Below are positions 49,088 through 61,659 of a stretch of 64,000 nt of DNA, one piece after another (the stretch's first letter is position 1; every line of letters begins with the position of its first letter). Under the pieces are notes generated by a model. The model ran no database searches. It was given only the letters and a program-made list of their open reading frames with translations, and had not been told where the DNA came from. The DNA is from a virus, in the IMG/VR virus record IMGVR_UViG_3300000976_000009, positions 237,151 to 301,150 of that record. One strand, written 5' to 3'. The position numbers and the translations under genes are program-made.

Positions 49088-50965
49088 ATGTCATTTGTCC
49101 CAAGTATTTTCCAAAAAAATATATTTGACTTTATTGTAGATGGTGAAGGTAACGCAGTTATCAATGCTGTTGCGGGTTCTGGTAAAACAACTACGTTATT
49201 AGAAGCACTAAAAATGTTACCAAAAGATGCATCAATAATGTTTCTAGCATTCAATAAATCAATAAAAACTGAAATTCAAGAAAAAGTCAACGATTTAGGG
49301 CTAACTAATGTAACTGTTAATACTTGTCATGGGTTTGGGTTCTCTTCTTTATTATCATCATTAGAAAATAAACCGTCAATCGATAACTTAAAGTATCGAA
49401 AGATGATACGTAATGTTATATCATTCATTCAATCTGGTGATTTAACACCAATTTTAGATTATAAATTCAAAGCTAATGAAATCAAAATATGTCAAGCATT
49501 TGATATCGATTGGGAATCTATGGATGATAAATATGAATTTACAAAACGAGTAATCCAATTAGTTGATTTAGGTAGAATGTTTTTGAAAACAACAACTAAA
49601 TCAATTAAGAAAATCAGTAAGAAATATAATATAGTATGTAGTGGTAATGAAGCAGAATTAGCATCTGCTTTAATTAAGCTAGGTAAGACCTTTGTTTCAA
49701 CAATTGATTTTGCTGATATGATATATCTACCAAATGAGTTGAAATTAACCACACAAAAATTTGATTATGTGTTTATTGATGAATGCCAAGACCTAAATAC
49801 AGCACAAAGAGAATTAATGTTAAAATCATTATACCCAAGTAGTCGATTTATTGCTGTCGGTGATAAGAATCAAGCAATTTATGGATTTGCGGGTGCTGAT
49901 GCTGAATCATTTAATAAACTCACTAAATTACCTAATACAATATCATTACCATTATCAGTATGTTATAGATGTGGGTCTGATATTGTTAAAAAAGCTCAAA
50001 ATATTGTGCCAGACATACAACCATTTGATAAAAACAAGAGTGGTGTAGTTGATTTAGATGGTAGTATCAATGATATAATCGATGGTGACATGGTTTTATG
50101 TCGAAATACATATCCATTAGTCAAACTTTGTTTAGCCTTCCTTAAAGATGGCAAAAAAGCTACAATTATGGGTGGTGACATTGGTAAATCTTTAATCAAT
50201 ATGGTTAAAGAAGCTAACCAAAAAGATATGAACAAAGTTTTTGATAAACTTTATCATAATTTAGAATTGGTATTTAAACGTATTCTTAGAGCAGAAGAAT
50301 GTACTGATGAAGAAGCAAGACAAAATACTGAATATGTTAATTATGAGGAAAAAATACAAGTAATTGAAGCAATATATACAGTTGGTGATGATGCCTTAAA
50401 AATAATATCTAAATTAGAAGATATATTTAATGATTTTAATAAAGAAGGTATTATTTTGTCAACGATACATAAATCAAAAGGTTTAGAATCTAATCGAGTG
50501 TTTATTATTCACCCAGAAAAAATGCCTAGCAAATTCGCTAAACAAAAATGGGAACTTACACAAGAAAATAATTTGAGATATGTTGCATATACTAGAGCTA
50601 AATCATTATTATCTATAGTAACTGATTTTGATGCTTATTCTGGTAGAGATGGAGAAACTTTTGCCAATAAAATAAATGAGGTTAAAATATCTCAACACAT
50701 TGGTAAAGTTGGCTCTAAACATAAATTAGAAGGAACTATTGTTGAATGTAGATACATTTCAAATTATAATAGTATGGTGTATGTTATTGAAGATAAAAAA
50801 GGTAACATATTTGAAAAATGGGGCGACATTAAACCAAGATTTGTTGTATCAAATGACAATAGTTTAAAAGAAGGTACATTAATCAGAGCAAATGTTACTA
50901 TTTCTAAACATAGTGAATTTAGAGGGATTAAAAAGAATGGTATTAAAAACTTTGGAATTTATTAA
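49088..50965 (+). CDS. UvrD/Rep-family SF1 helicase with C-terminal extension
   Basis: AVAGSGKTT, LAFN, IDECQD, VGDKNQAIYGFAGA, CYRC, STIHKSKGLE and YVAYTRAK motifs. Confidence 0.93.
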   Translation: MSFVPSIFQKNIFDFIVDGEGNAVINAVAGSGKTTTLLEALKMLPKDASIMFLAFNKSIKTEIQEKVNDLGLTNVTVNTCHGFGFSSLLSSLENKPSIDNLKYRKMIRNVISFIQSGDLTPILDYKFKANEIKICQAFDIDWESMDDKYEFTKRVIQLVDLGRMFLKTTTKSIKKISKKYNIVCSGNEAELASALIKLGKTFVSTIDFADMIYLPNELKLTTQKFDYVFIDECQDLNTAQRELMLKSLYPSSRFIAVGDKNQAIYGFAGADAESFNKLTKLPNTISLPLSVCYRCGSDIVKKAQNIVPDIQPFDKNKSGVVDLDGSINDIIDGDMVLCRNTYPLVKLCLAFLKDGKKATIMGGDIGKSLINMVKEANQKDMNKVFDKLYHNLELVFKRILRAEECTDEEARQNTEYVNYEEKIQVIEAIYTVGDDALKIISKLEDIFNDFNKEGIILSTIHKSKGLESNRVFIIHPEKMPSKFAKQKWELTQENNLRYVAYTRAKSLLSIVTDFDAYSGRDGETFANKINEVKISQHIGKVGSKHKLEGTIVECRYISNYNSMVYVIEDKKGNIFEKWGDIKPRFVVSNDNSLKEGTLIRANVTISKHSEFRGIKKNGIKNFGIY

Positions 50966-50967
50966 AA

Positions 50968-53900
50968 ATGGATATTGAAATAACAAGTTATATTGATTTT
51001 AGCAAACTTTTTGCTGACTTATTTAACTATCATGAAAATGATTTAATTGAATATCAATATGAATCAGAAACATATAGTAATTTATTGAAATTTAATGCCT
51101 CAGCTAGAAATAGTTTTGATTTGATAATTGATGAATGTGAATTGTCTGATAAAACTATTTCATTTATATTTGGATATGATTTTAATGATGCAAATGAAAG
51201 TAATACACAAAGCTCATCTGCTGATTATCATATTATATATGATAGAATATTAGATGAATTTACTGATTGTATTTATTCACAAGGTTAAATTATGATAATA
51301 ACATTAGTATTAATAGCAATATTTGTTTTAATTGTATTAGAAAGTCAATCTAACACACAAACAAACTCAACCTCTCAACCACATGTATCTACAAATACTA
51401 TTGTATTACCAAACGATATAGTGTGTCCAAATTGTGGTAATGATAAATTTAATCCAATAAGAGATTTAGATACTAATACTTTTGATATAATTTGTCCAGA
51501 GTGCAAAGAGGTTGCTTGGATTAACCCAAATAGAGAAGAAAGAATACAACAATTGAATAGTATGATTGATATGCTAGATTAAATTTGGTGATATCAAATA
51601 TTATTCTTATTTTTACAATATGGAAAGAGAAAAAACATTAGCTAAATTCACAGAATTATTCACAACATTCTTATCAAATAAAAAACACCGTATTCATAAT
51701 AATATTGGTGGTCGTTATTTGAAAAAAAACCAAGCGAATATTATTAATAGTGATAGCAATAATAAATATATTAATAATGCGTTTGAAACCGAATTTTATA
51801 TTGGAGACCAAAAGCTTGATTTAGATACTTTAAAAAAATTAAATAAATGTTCTAAGAACAAAATTAATCTAAGTCTGGTTGATAAAACTATTAATTTATC
51901 TAAAAAAACTGTTGTACTTAATTTTGGTGATAAGCCAAATTTAGTGTTAACTGAACATATTACTCCTAAATTAGCTTATAATATTGAACATAAAATTGTT
52001 TGGCGAGGCATATTTAGACGTATATTTTTTATAAAATTAATTGTGAAGGAATCTAAATATGTTACAAATACTAGTAGAACATTTAAATTTGGTAGTATTG
52101 TGATTAATTTAACCGAAGGAGAATTTAATAAATTGTTTAGTATAGCGGAAGAATTTAATAAGGTGAGACCTAATGAAATTGATGAAGCGATTTTAGATAT
52201 TAGAATTAACGAATACAAAGAAAGCTAAACATGGGTTATATTGATTCAGAATTAGGGATAAAAACAGCCAAAGGTTTAGCTAAGTATTTCACAAGTATTT
52301 TTGGTCAACAAGTTATGGCTATAAAAGTGGCTAATTCAGTTAGGTTGATATGGGCAGTAGATAATAAATTACATACTCATGATATTAAGGCTAGTGTAAT
52401 TTATGTCATACAAGAAGAACAGCTTGATGTAGCAATGAATGAAATTAAAAATACAATAATCAAAAAATAATTTGGTGATATCAAATATTATCCTTATATT
52501 TGTAAAACAAAATTGGATAATATGTCTTTAAATAAAAACACAATAGCATACGGAGTTAGAATTAAATTGAAAGATAACTTTGTTCAGAAATGTATTGGTG
52601 ATAAATTTCTAGTAGAACAAGAAGATATATTATTTATTTCTGAGGGTCATGTCTATAATGATTCAAAAGGTGAGTATGTTATGATTAAAGGCGGGTCATT
52701 AACCAATTCTGGTTATGCATACCTAGATGAGTTAGAATTATTACACCCAGTCCCAAATAAACCCATTGTAAATAAACCACACCAACACGTTTTAAATTGC
52801 GTTGAACATGAATTAATTAACGCCAAAGATGGTGATGAAATTAAAATTATTGTTCAAGAAAATAAAGTTGAAATTTGGAACGGTAGTGTTTATACTGGTA
52901 GGCATATATTCAAATAGAATTTTGCTACCCATCATTAATTAAAACCAAAGATTATGAAATTATTTAGTGAAGATGAAATACACGATTTAGTGTTTGATTT
53001 AAATGATGAAATTGATGATTTACTTTCAGATGGGTATTCAGCATCTTCACCAATAGTTAAAAGACGTGAAGATAAAATTAATTCCTTAAATAACCAAAAA
53101 TTAAGTTTCGAGAATGGTAAGAAACACATTAACTTAAAAGATATGACTTTTGTATCTGATGAACTTAGTGGGATTATTTTCATTCAGTCTAGATTTAATA
53201 ACGGACATTTCTTAGGTTTTTGGTCTCACTCACCTTGGGGTACATGTAATGACCAAGAAACTGGTTGGGTAGTATTCAACCCACATACATTTGAAATTAT
53301 TGACCAATGTGAGACTAAACATAATGGTGAATATAGAGAATGGCGTAGAGATATTAAAAATAAATTTGGTGGGGCTAAAACCATTAAAGATATGTCTGGT
53401 GAAACATTGTGGAAAATGTCTGAAACATAATGAAAGATAGAAACCAATTCATAGAAGCTGACGGTCTATATTGGGAGAATGAAACCCAAGAATGGTTTAT
53501 CGACAAAACGTTAACCCAATATGCACATAAGGATTCTGCAACATCACAAGATGACACATTACCATATATTTTTTGTTTTTGGGTTCGAGACAAAACAACT
53601 GGTGAATATGAAAATATTGTTATGGATAACCAATTTAAAGAAGTTGTTCATTCCTCAAAATTCGGTAGTTGTACAACCTACGTTGATAGACTTAAAGTAG
53701 AGAAACGATTCGGTATGCATAAAGAAAAATTCATTACTAGAGTATTTGAGGAAATTGATAAAGAAGATGAAAAAGATATTTAAAAATGGTATTGTATATA
53801 TTAAGTATTATGGTAAGAAAGACCGTATAACTAATCGTGTACTAGTCATTGGTTTCTTAAGAAAATACTTCAAATTCAAATTTTTCTTATACATTTATTT

Positions 53901-56900
53901 GCGTAAGTCAAAATAATTCACTACATTTGAATTATGGAAGCAATCGAAAAAGGTAATTGGGTTTTAGTTCCTTTAACTAAAGATGATTTAGATAACCCAA
54001 ATATTGTCGCAAAAGTTGATAGTGTTACAGATACCATTGTAACTATTGAGCTATCAAATGATGGTAAAGTTGATATCCCACGTAGTTGGTGTAGAGTAGT
54101 ACATATTCAAAATTTTGAAAAATAATGATAATTACAATTGCATTCATATTAACAGCTTTAGTCACACTTCTTTTTGTGGCGGTAATTGTTTCTTCGATTG
54201 GGGAGAGTAGAACTATTGATGTCCCACCATTGTTTATGTTCAAAGCATTACAACCAACAAGATGGTATATTCTATACCCAAGTTTAATTTTTCAAATCTG
54301 GTTTTGGTCGGATAAATTTAATATTATATAAGATATGATACAGACATTTAAAATTAGTACAGGAATGGGTAAAACACATGATGATTTACCATTTTTAACA
54401 GAAGACCAATATAACGAATTTAACGTTATTGGATATACTGGTAAGAGAAGTAACAAGAAACCTTGTGGTCGTCAAGAATATTTGAACTCACTAAATATTG
54501 GTGAGTTCAAAGTTAACCAAACTAAATACGATGATGGTAATTTTATTGAACAATTCACCATTACCTTAGTAACTGAGGATTCAAAAGAAATGTCTGAATT
54601 ACCAGAATGGTTACAAGAACTTTGGAAACTAGACCCAAGCATTGCTAGAAAGGCTGAGAAAGAAATTAGTAACCTAACTAAGATAAAAGATGAGGTTATT
54701 AAAGTTTGGGACGAAGATGGGTTAGGTGGTGAAATTCAAATGAAAACACCTATTGCTTGGCAACGTGTAATTAGATTGTGTAGATAAAATTTAGTATTAT
54801 GTCATTAGAAAATTCAAAAGAAAATAAGTCATTAAATGCAAAAGTGCAAACTAATGATTATAAAGTAAATGTATTAGTTGAAACAACTAATTCAACTAAT
54901 ATGCATTATTCACATTTAAATAAACAGGTGCAAATTGATAAAGTACTTAGTGATGAGGAAATTATTGAACTTTGGGAGAACCGAAAGGTTGATGATAAAT
55001 TGAAATTAGCTAAAGATTGGATTAAAACCCAAGAAGGTTATGCCACTTCTAATTGTGTTGATGATTCATTAGATATTGATTATAATAGTATTGTTAAATA
55101 TTCAAATAAGTAAAATGGGACACCGAACATTAAAGGCATTAGAAGATTCAGACTTACCAGATTCTTGTACAATTGGTGAGGCAAAAGTACTCATACAAAA
55201 TGAGATTAAAGAACAAGAAAACCAACGTGTAGTACAAGATGAATTAGTTGTCAATAAGTTTAATGGTACTTATCTTAAACGTATCGCACCAGATAAATTA
55301 TTTGGAGACACATTAGAAGTTATTCAAGTTACAGGTGTTAAACCAGAAACATACACAACCGATTGGGAACGTACGTTTGGTTTGAAAGGACGAATAATTA
55401 CATTCGATAGATTACATATTCATTCTAGAGAATTTTCAGAAGGTAATGTTTCCGCCTCATATACTGAAAAAACATTAGACACATTCCAAGTTATTGATGA
55501 AACAGAATTTTTATTGTATGTTGTAGAGTATAACAAAATTAATTCTACATTACAAACATTACTCGCTGAAAATAAGTAACTATTATGACATTAGAGGAAG
55601 TATTGAAATTACTTATGGAGAAACACCATAGGAAGCATATATCACTTAGGTCTGCTAAGTATCTGTATGAAATATTAGAAGGTAAATCTAAAGAAACCTA
55701 TATAGTATTTGATAATGGTGGTGGTATGATATTCGATATTTGGAAGATTGATGATGAGCATCTAAATGCTTGGTATGATTCTAAGGATGCATTACCTAAA
55801 CATTTATTGTTTGGACATTACCAAAATGGTGAAACAACACTTAATGAAACATTACCGCATTGGATGGTGTATGAATTAATTCATGAGAAAAATTTGGATA
55901 AGTCAAAATAATTTACTACATTTGTAATATGAAAAAAGTAATATATGTCTTAATTGCACTTGTCACTCTAGGAATGACATCTTGTGCTGAGTGTGAAAAC
56001 CCACCAACTTGTAAATTCCAAAAAGGAGACCTTGTTCAAGACAAGACTTCAAGATGGGCTAAGAAAGGAGCTATTGTTGATACATATGTTACCTCAGATT
56101 GTGAATGTAGATACACCGTGTCTAACACAACTTGGATTGAAGGTAAGACTAAAAGAGATATGTCTGAGTATGAATTAGAAGAAGCGGGTCATGGTATTGA
56201 CCTAGATGCTATGGATGTTCTAAAAGAACTATTCTAATGAATGACAAGATTCATAGAATTATATTCAATATATTTGGATGTATAATAATTATACTAGCTG
56301 TAATCGGTTGGGTTGGAGCATTAACACATTAACAATATGAAAATATCGTTTTATTTATTAGATGATGATACGGAAATAACATCTTTTACTGGGTTAACAA
56401 GTAATCCATTTAATTTAAATGATGTGGTTAACTTATCTGTTAAGCCTCTAAGAAATGATGAATATGAGGGAGCAAATAAAGATTTCATTCAAAATGTCAT
56501 ATATAATAACCATAATGCTAAGGAAGCATTTAATTTGAAAGAAATTAGATTACTCACAGAAAAGAAATATATTAAATTTAATGTTCTTTCTGAACCAGAA
56601 TTATATGTTGAATACCATTGTCAAATAGTTAAGTAAGATATGTTAGATAATATTAAACAACCAGTAGAAACAAAACAAGGTCGAGGACAACTAACCCAAA
56701 GGATTAAAGATAAGTCTAAAGAATTATTTGGCTATGAACTAACTGTTAGACAACTTAGGCTTATTCCATATATTCTTAACGTCATGCAAAACGATAAGAC
56801 AATCGATAGACGTAGAATTAATGATGAAGAATTTGACATTATTATTCAATGGGAAAATGAAAACCATTTGACTTATTCGGTTGCTAGTTGTGAACTTACA

Positions 56901-58733
56901 ATTACTAAAGATTTCTGGGACAAAGCAAATGAAATACTTTTCCTAGGTTATGTTGATTTAATAAAATAGAAAAATTATGATAGGAAATATAATTAAAGGT
57001 TCGGTTGAAACTTATGGAATTGTTGAAGGTAAGGTAATATTAGTTTATCAAGATGCTGTTGCTTTTGGAACTAATGGCTATGTACAAATTACTATGATTC
57101 AAATTAAAGATGATAATGGTAAAGTATATGATATGAGACCTAGAAATATACATGAGATAATTTCAGTTGCTGAAATTAAACCCACTACCAAAACACCATT
57201 GAAAAAACAAATTAGTAATGCTTGGAGTGTATTACGTGATTTAATTAATATGACATTTAAAGGTTATACGGTTTTTTCTTTTAGAAAAAAAGAAAAATTA
57301 GCAGATAGTGTTGTAAATAATTAGTGGCGTGATTAAGATTCATTTTGATTATACTGATGGAACTGAACTATCTTACCAAGAAGGTTTAGATAAAGGTGAT
57401 GGATTTAATACTAATTGCCTAGATTTCTTTACGACTGATAATGATGCATTTGATGTCATTGTAGTTGATAAAAAAGGTAATTCAATTAGTCGTAATGAAT
57501 TACTAAATAATATTGGTAACTATACGACAAAAGAAATAAGACCCGAACATAACATATTGAAAATGTTGAAGGCAAATTCATTTAATTGGAGAAAAATAAT
57601 TGATTAAATATTATATAGTATGAGTACTGAGTATTTCCCATTTAAAATTGGGGATAAATTAAAATCTAGTAATGCCTATAAGAATGGTGATAGAAGAACA
57701 TTTAGAGGTCCGTTAGGTGAACAACGAAAAACCGATATCTATATGGAAGTAACAGGTATTGGTAGAACACTATTCTTTGCTACTTGGGATTGTAACGAAC
57801 ATGTACACGCTAAATGTGGACAATATGAAATGTGGGATGGTTTAGATGAGGGTAAAGTAATTGATGGTGAATACTATTTTAATTCATTACCTACTGAGGA
57901 ACAAACTAAACTAAGAGAAAAGTTCAATGAAGAAATGATTTCAGATAATGAATCTGATTGGTATGAATTTTTTGATTCACTATTAACATAATAACTATGA
58001 GAGTAATGACAACAAAAGAAAAGATAAGTGATTGCTTATTGACTGCCGTATTATGGTTACCAACTTACTTAATCTTTGAATACTTTTCATATGATGGATT
58101 CACTATCTCTGATGGAATGTATTGGTTCGGAACTCTTGTTGGTTATTGTATTGCAATATTCACTAATAAAATTGTCAAAAAAAATTACGAAATTAAAAAA
58201 CTATCTAATCCAAATATTTTGGATGATGTCTAAATATCGTTATTTTATAAACTAGAGTATGAAAATAATAATTGAATTACATAGAAGTGATTTAAGAAAA
58301 GAATATTATAAAACACACTTAAATGATGTTGAATTACATATGTTTTATAAACTAGATACAAGAAAAATATGTGATGCATCTGAAATTATTTTTGTTGAAG
58401 AAACTGGTGTTAAAGAAATACCTAAAGTTAAAAAGTTCTTAAAAACTCGTGGCACAAAAAAATCATTAGAATTTTATAAAATATTCAATAATGCATTTGG
58501 TTAAGTAAATAATTTTACCTATATTTGTAACTCATTAATAAAACAATATGAAAGCAACAACATTATTAGCATTAATATTCGGAATAGGTGGATTGATTTT
58601 AATTGGTGCATACACACACTGGTTAGTAGCACTTGGAGTATTCCTAACAATTTGGGGGAATAACATTTCAAATAATGATATGTTAAAAACTGAATTTAAT
58701 AAGGTTCTAAAGAACTTAAAACGAAAAGATTAA
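50968..58733 (+). other. Dense array of roughly 25 small hypothetical CDSs (includes Zn-ribbon 51292 and lipoprotein 55929)
   Basis: Abutting + strand ORFs with interspersed TTTG..TAnnTTT(G/A) promoters; no recognisable families. Confidence 0.65.
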
Positions 58734-58848
58734 AACGGGCTTTGCGTGGTGGAATCGACTACTTGGCTTAGACCTACCCACTTTTCCACCATAGCAAACT
58801 CCCAATCGAAATAAATACTAAAACCCCCATAAGAAATACTATATAATA

Positions 58849-59509
58849 ATGAGCCTATTTAAAGCAAATAACATAGTACTAAAAATAGGTGTTATTATCA
58901 AAACACTATTAAGACTATTCGTAATATGGACACTTAATCTTATATACTATGAGATTAAACCAGATGCTAATTCTACACTAATTGAAATATCAATAGTTCT
59001 AAGTATATTAGTATTTATCTTATTATACATTGCTGACTTAATTACTGTAGAAAGAAGTATTAAACATCATGGGAAAGAAATAGATGAGTAATCCACTATA
59101 CATAAAATTAGAAGAACATCTTAAACAAAAATATAATTTAACTTATTGTCACGTAATCAAAGTAGATGATAATAGAAGGAATGTATTTGAAGTAATCGTT
59201 GAACCACCATTAACACCTAAGTCACAATTCGAAATAGAAGAATCAGTATTAGAATACTTAGGAGAAGATTGGGAAGGAATAGCTCTAACTTATAGTAGAG
59301 AATATTATGAAAGTATAAATGATACAATTGTATTAACTAATAGTGATATAATCAGTATTTGCAAAGATGTCCCATTTAATGATGTTGAGATATGTATGTT
59401 CCCTATTGACATTATACCAAAATTACTTAGAGCCAAAAAAGTATTGTATAGAATATATACAGATAATCCAGATATACCTTATGTGTCTAAAATATTAAGG
59501 AGTAAATAA
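58849..59509 (+). other. Two hypothetical CDSs (58849..59091 membrane; 59084..59509)
   Basis: C-terminus of 59084 resembles 58259 (L..SD....NDVE..MF). Confidence 0.6.
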
Positions 59510-59519
59510 CTATTCTCAT

Positions 59520-59590
59520 GTACACATTTGTGTACCCATTTTCTCACCTAATTAAATACTCTATAATACCCCTAATACACATTTGTGTAC
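59520..59590. repeat. Palindromic TACACA-TT-TGTGTA sites (two here, a third at 21968-21982)
   Basis: Read directly from the sequence. Confidence 0.75.
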
Positions 59591-59705
59591 CCTAATATAT
59601 ATAAGGTAAATAACGTGTATTAAATGACACTTAAACCCCCTCTATTTGTATCTTTAATCACTCCTTATTGTACTTTAGTTAGCACGTTATAGAAATATAG
59701 TCTTT

Positions 59706-59740
59706 GTGGGAAATCGTGGGATAAAGTGGTAAAAGGTGTG
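59706..59740 (+). promoter_or_regulatory. MraZ-box-like array
   Basis: GTGGG/GTGGG/GTGGT/GTGTG at an exact 10-bp period with A-rich spacers. Confidence 0.55.
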
Positions 59741-60164
59741 ATTTTGTCCCACAGCGAGTACACAAAACCTTAAAAAACATTATGTCATCTGTTTATTCAC
59801 GTTCGATATACGTAAAATTTTTGAGATACACAAGCTTTTCGACAATTATTTATCAACAAAAATTTGTGCATAAAAAAGCTTCTAATTCCTTGTGTATATG
59901 ATATAGTTTTCCTATATGACTTTTCACTGGTAAAAAGAAGCATTAAACATATGGACATGACAGTTGGCTTGAGACACCTAATTTTTTTGTGTAACAAGTT
60001 TGCCCCAAACCTTACTATAGTTTCGGGTATGAGGTGGCTGTCCGCCTATGCAGATATGAATTGAACAAAACAAATATACAACAAAATTATCAGTCCACCA
60101 AATTTTTGTGTAACTATTTTGTTATTTGTAATGATTCTAAATAAAGGAAAGTATAAGGCACAGT

Positions 60165-60219
60165 GGAGTCTACTCTTTCGTAATGTTTCCATTCTGACCC
60201 GTCTCTGTTTCCAACCGAC
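60165..60219 (-). ncRNA. Duplicated minus-strand RNA scaffold, copy 1
   Basis: GTCGGTTGGAAACAGAGACGGGTC-[AATG GAAA CATT]-GAAAGAGTAGACTCC, directly after promoter 60224-60255. Confidence 0.65.
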
Positions 60220-60346
60220 AATACAAATATAAACATTAGTTTTGACACTACCAAATAAAAAGTGATTTATTTTTAATATCCTATAGTATTAAATTAATTT
60301 GTTTCTATAACCCCTATGAATGCTACAAAGTTAAAAATAATTGAAT

Positions 60347-60410
60347 TAAATACTATATAATATTTGGTAGAACCATAAATGTTTCTTATATTTGTAATGT
60401 CAAATTAACT
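60347..60410 (+). repeat. 64-bp direct repeat containing a promoter, copy 1 (copy 2 at 61233-61296)
   Basis: 63 of 64 bases identical; includes TTTGG..TATATTTG..GTCAAATTAACT. Confidence 0.9.
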
Positions 60411-61168
60411 TATTAAGTACTAACAATGCTAAAACAATTAAAGGTGAAGGTTTAGGATATACTACATACATTATGTACTTGTCACCATATAACCAAAACT
60501 CTAAAGGTATTAACCTTTGTAGTCACGCCTCAAAGGGTTGTGCTAAAGCTTGTTTATTTTCTAGTGGTGCGGCTCGTTTCAATAGAGTACAACAAGGTAA
60601 GATTAATAAAACTGAATGGTTTTTAGATAACCGTGTTGAGTTTCTTAATAAATTAGATGCAGAAATTACTGCTATTGAAAACAAAAAGAAGCACCAAGGG
60701 CAAGACGATATACCAGTAATTCGTTTAAATGGTACAAGTGATATAACATTTGAAAAGTTTAAAATTAGAGACGGTAAAAACATATTTGAATTACACCCAA
60801 ACGTACAATTTTACGATTACACAAAGAACCATTTCAGATTTAAAAAGCAATTGCCGTCTAACTACCATTTAACGTTCTCAATGAGCGAAGACAACAAAGA
60901 AAAGTCTATGGAGTTATTGAGCCAAGGTATTAACGTTGCTATGGTATTTGGAGTACGTGACGTAAACGATTTCCCTACTACATACAATGGTTATGAAGTA
61001 ATTAACGGGGACGAAACAGATTTACGTTTCCTAGATGATAAAAACGTTATTGTTGGACTTAAGTACAAGTATATGAGTACTAAGGGTGCTAACAACCAAG
61101 ACAATTTAGATAATAACGATTTTATTATTGATGTGTCAAGTATAAAAAAATATAAAAATGTTGCATAG
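60404..61168 (+). CDS. gp88-like phage protein; frame is open from ATT 60404
   Basis: LC..AS.GC...CL, IRLNGTSDI, VQFYDYTK, NYHLTFS and NGDETDLRFLD motifs; upstream in-frame NLLSTNNAKTIKGE. Confidence 0.8.
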   Translation: MNLLSTNNAKTIKGEGLGYTTYIMYLSPYNQNSKGINLCSHASKGCAKACLFSSGAARFNRVQQGKINKTEWFLDNRVEFLNKLDAEITAIENKKKHQGQDDIPVIRLNGTSDITFEKFKIRDGKNIFELHPNVQFYDYTKNHFRFKKQLPSNYHLTFSMSEDNKEKSMELLSQGINVAMVFGVRDVNDFPTTYNGYEVINGDETDLRFLDDKNVIVGLKYKYMSTKGANNQDNLDNNDFIIDVSSIKKYKNVA

Positions 61169-61232
61169 ATATGAATTGAACAGCTTGTCAATGTACATGG
61201 GGGTTAACGCCCCCTCATCAAATTAATTTAAA

Positions 61233-61296
61233 TAAATACTATACAATATTTGGTAGAACCATAAATGTTTCTTATATTTGTAATGTCAAATTAACT
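61233..61296 (+). repeat. 64-bp direct repeat, copy 2
   Basis: See 60347. Confidence 0.9.
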
Positions 61297-61539
61297 AAAG
61301 TTTGGTCATGGGGTGCGCATGCTTGGGTCACACATGAAGACAAATGGTTAAGGTTTAAGTCTAATGGTCACCACCATAAAGGGCATGTATATATAACTTT
61401 AGGTTTTGACGATACCTTTACAATATACTACACCAATACAAGGGCTAAAGTTATTGATATGGTTACTGGTGTATATGTTGGGTCTTTGATTGATACCATT
61501 GATAACAGAATTGAGCGCATAGCAAATTATAAATACTAA
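61297..61539 (+). pseudogene. Start-less protein-coding frame missed by the ORF track
   Basis: Reads KVWSWGAHAW...LRFKSNGHHHKGHVYITLGFDDTF...IDNRIE..Y*; no upstream in-frame ATG/GTG/TTG; terminator follows. Confidence 0.7.
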
Positions 61540-61545
61540 TAATTG

Positions 61546-61576
61546 AAATGCCCATAACCATTGGTTATGGGCATTT
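61546..61576. terminator. Perfect 15-bp inverted repeat, likely a bidirectional terminator
   Basis: AAATGCCCATAACCA-T-TGGTTATGGGCATTT. Confidence 0.8.
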
Positions 61577-61611
61577 GCTTTATTAAATATTATTAGACTA
61601 TAGGGTAAGTC

Positions 61612-61659
61612 GGAGTCTACTCTTTCACCATAGGCGACCCGTCTCTGTTTCCAACTGAC
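61612..61659 (-). ncRNA. Duplicated minus-strand RNA scaffold, copy 2
   Basis: GTCAGTTGGAAACAGAGACGGGTC-[GCC TAT GGT]-GAAAGAGTAGACTCC, after promoter 61664-61695. Confidence 0.65.

Noticed and set aside
58737-58803. SRP 4.5S RNA on the minus strand
   Set aside because: TAGG/AGTA only loosely resembles CAGG/AGCA, and there is no GNRA-capped helix 8
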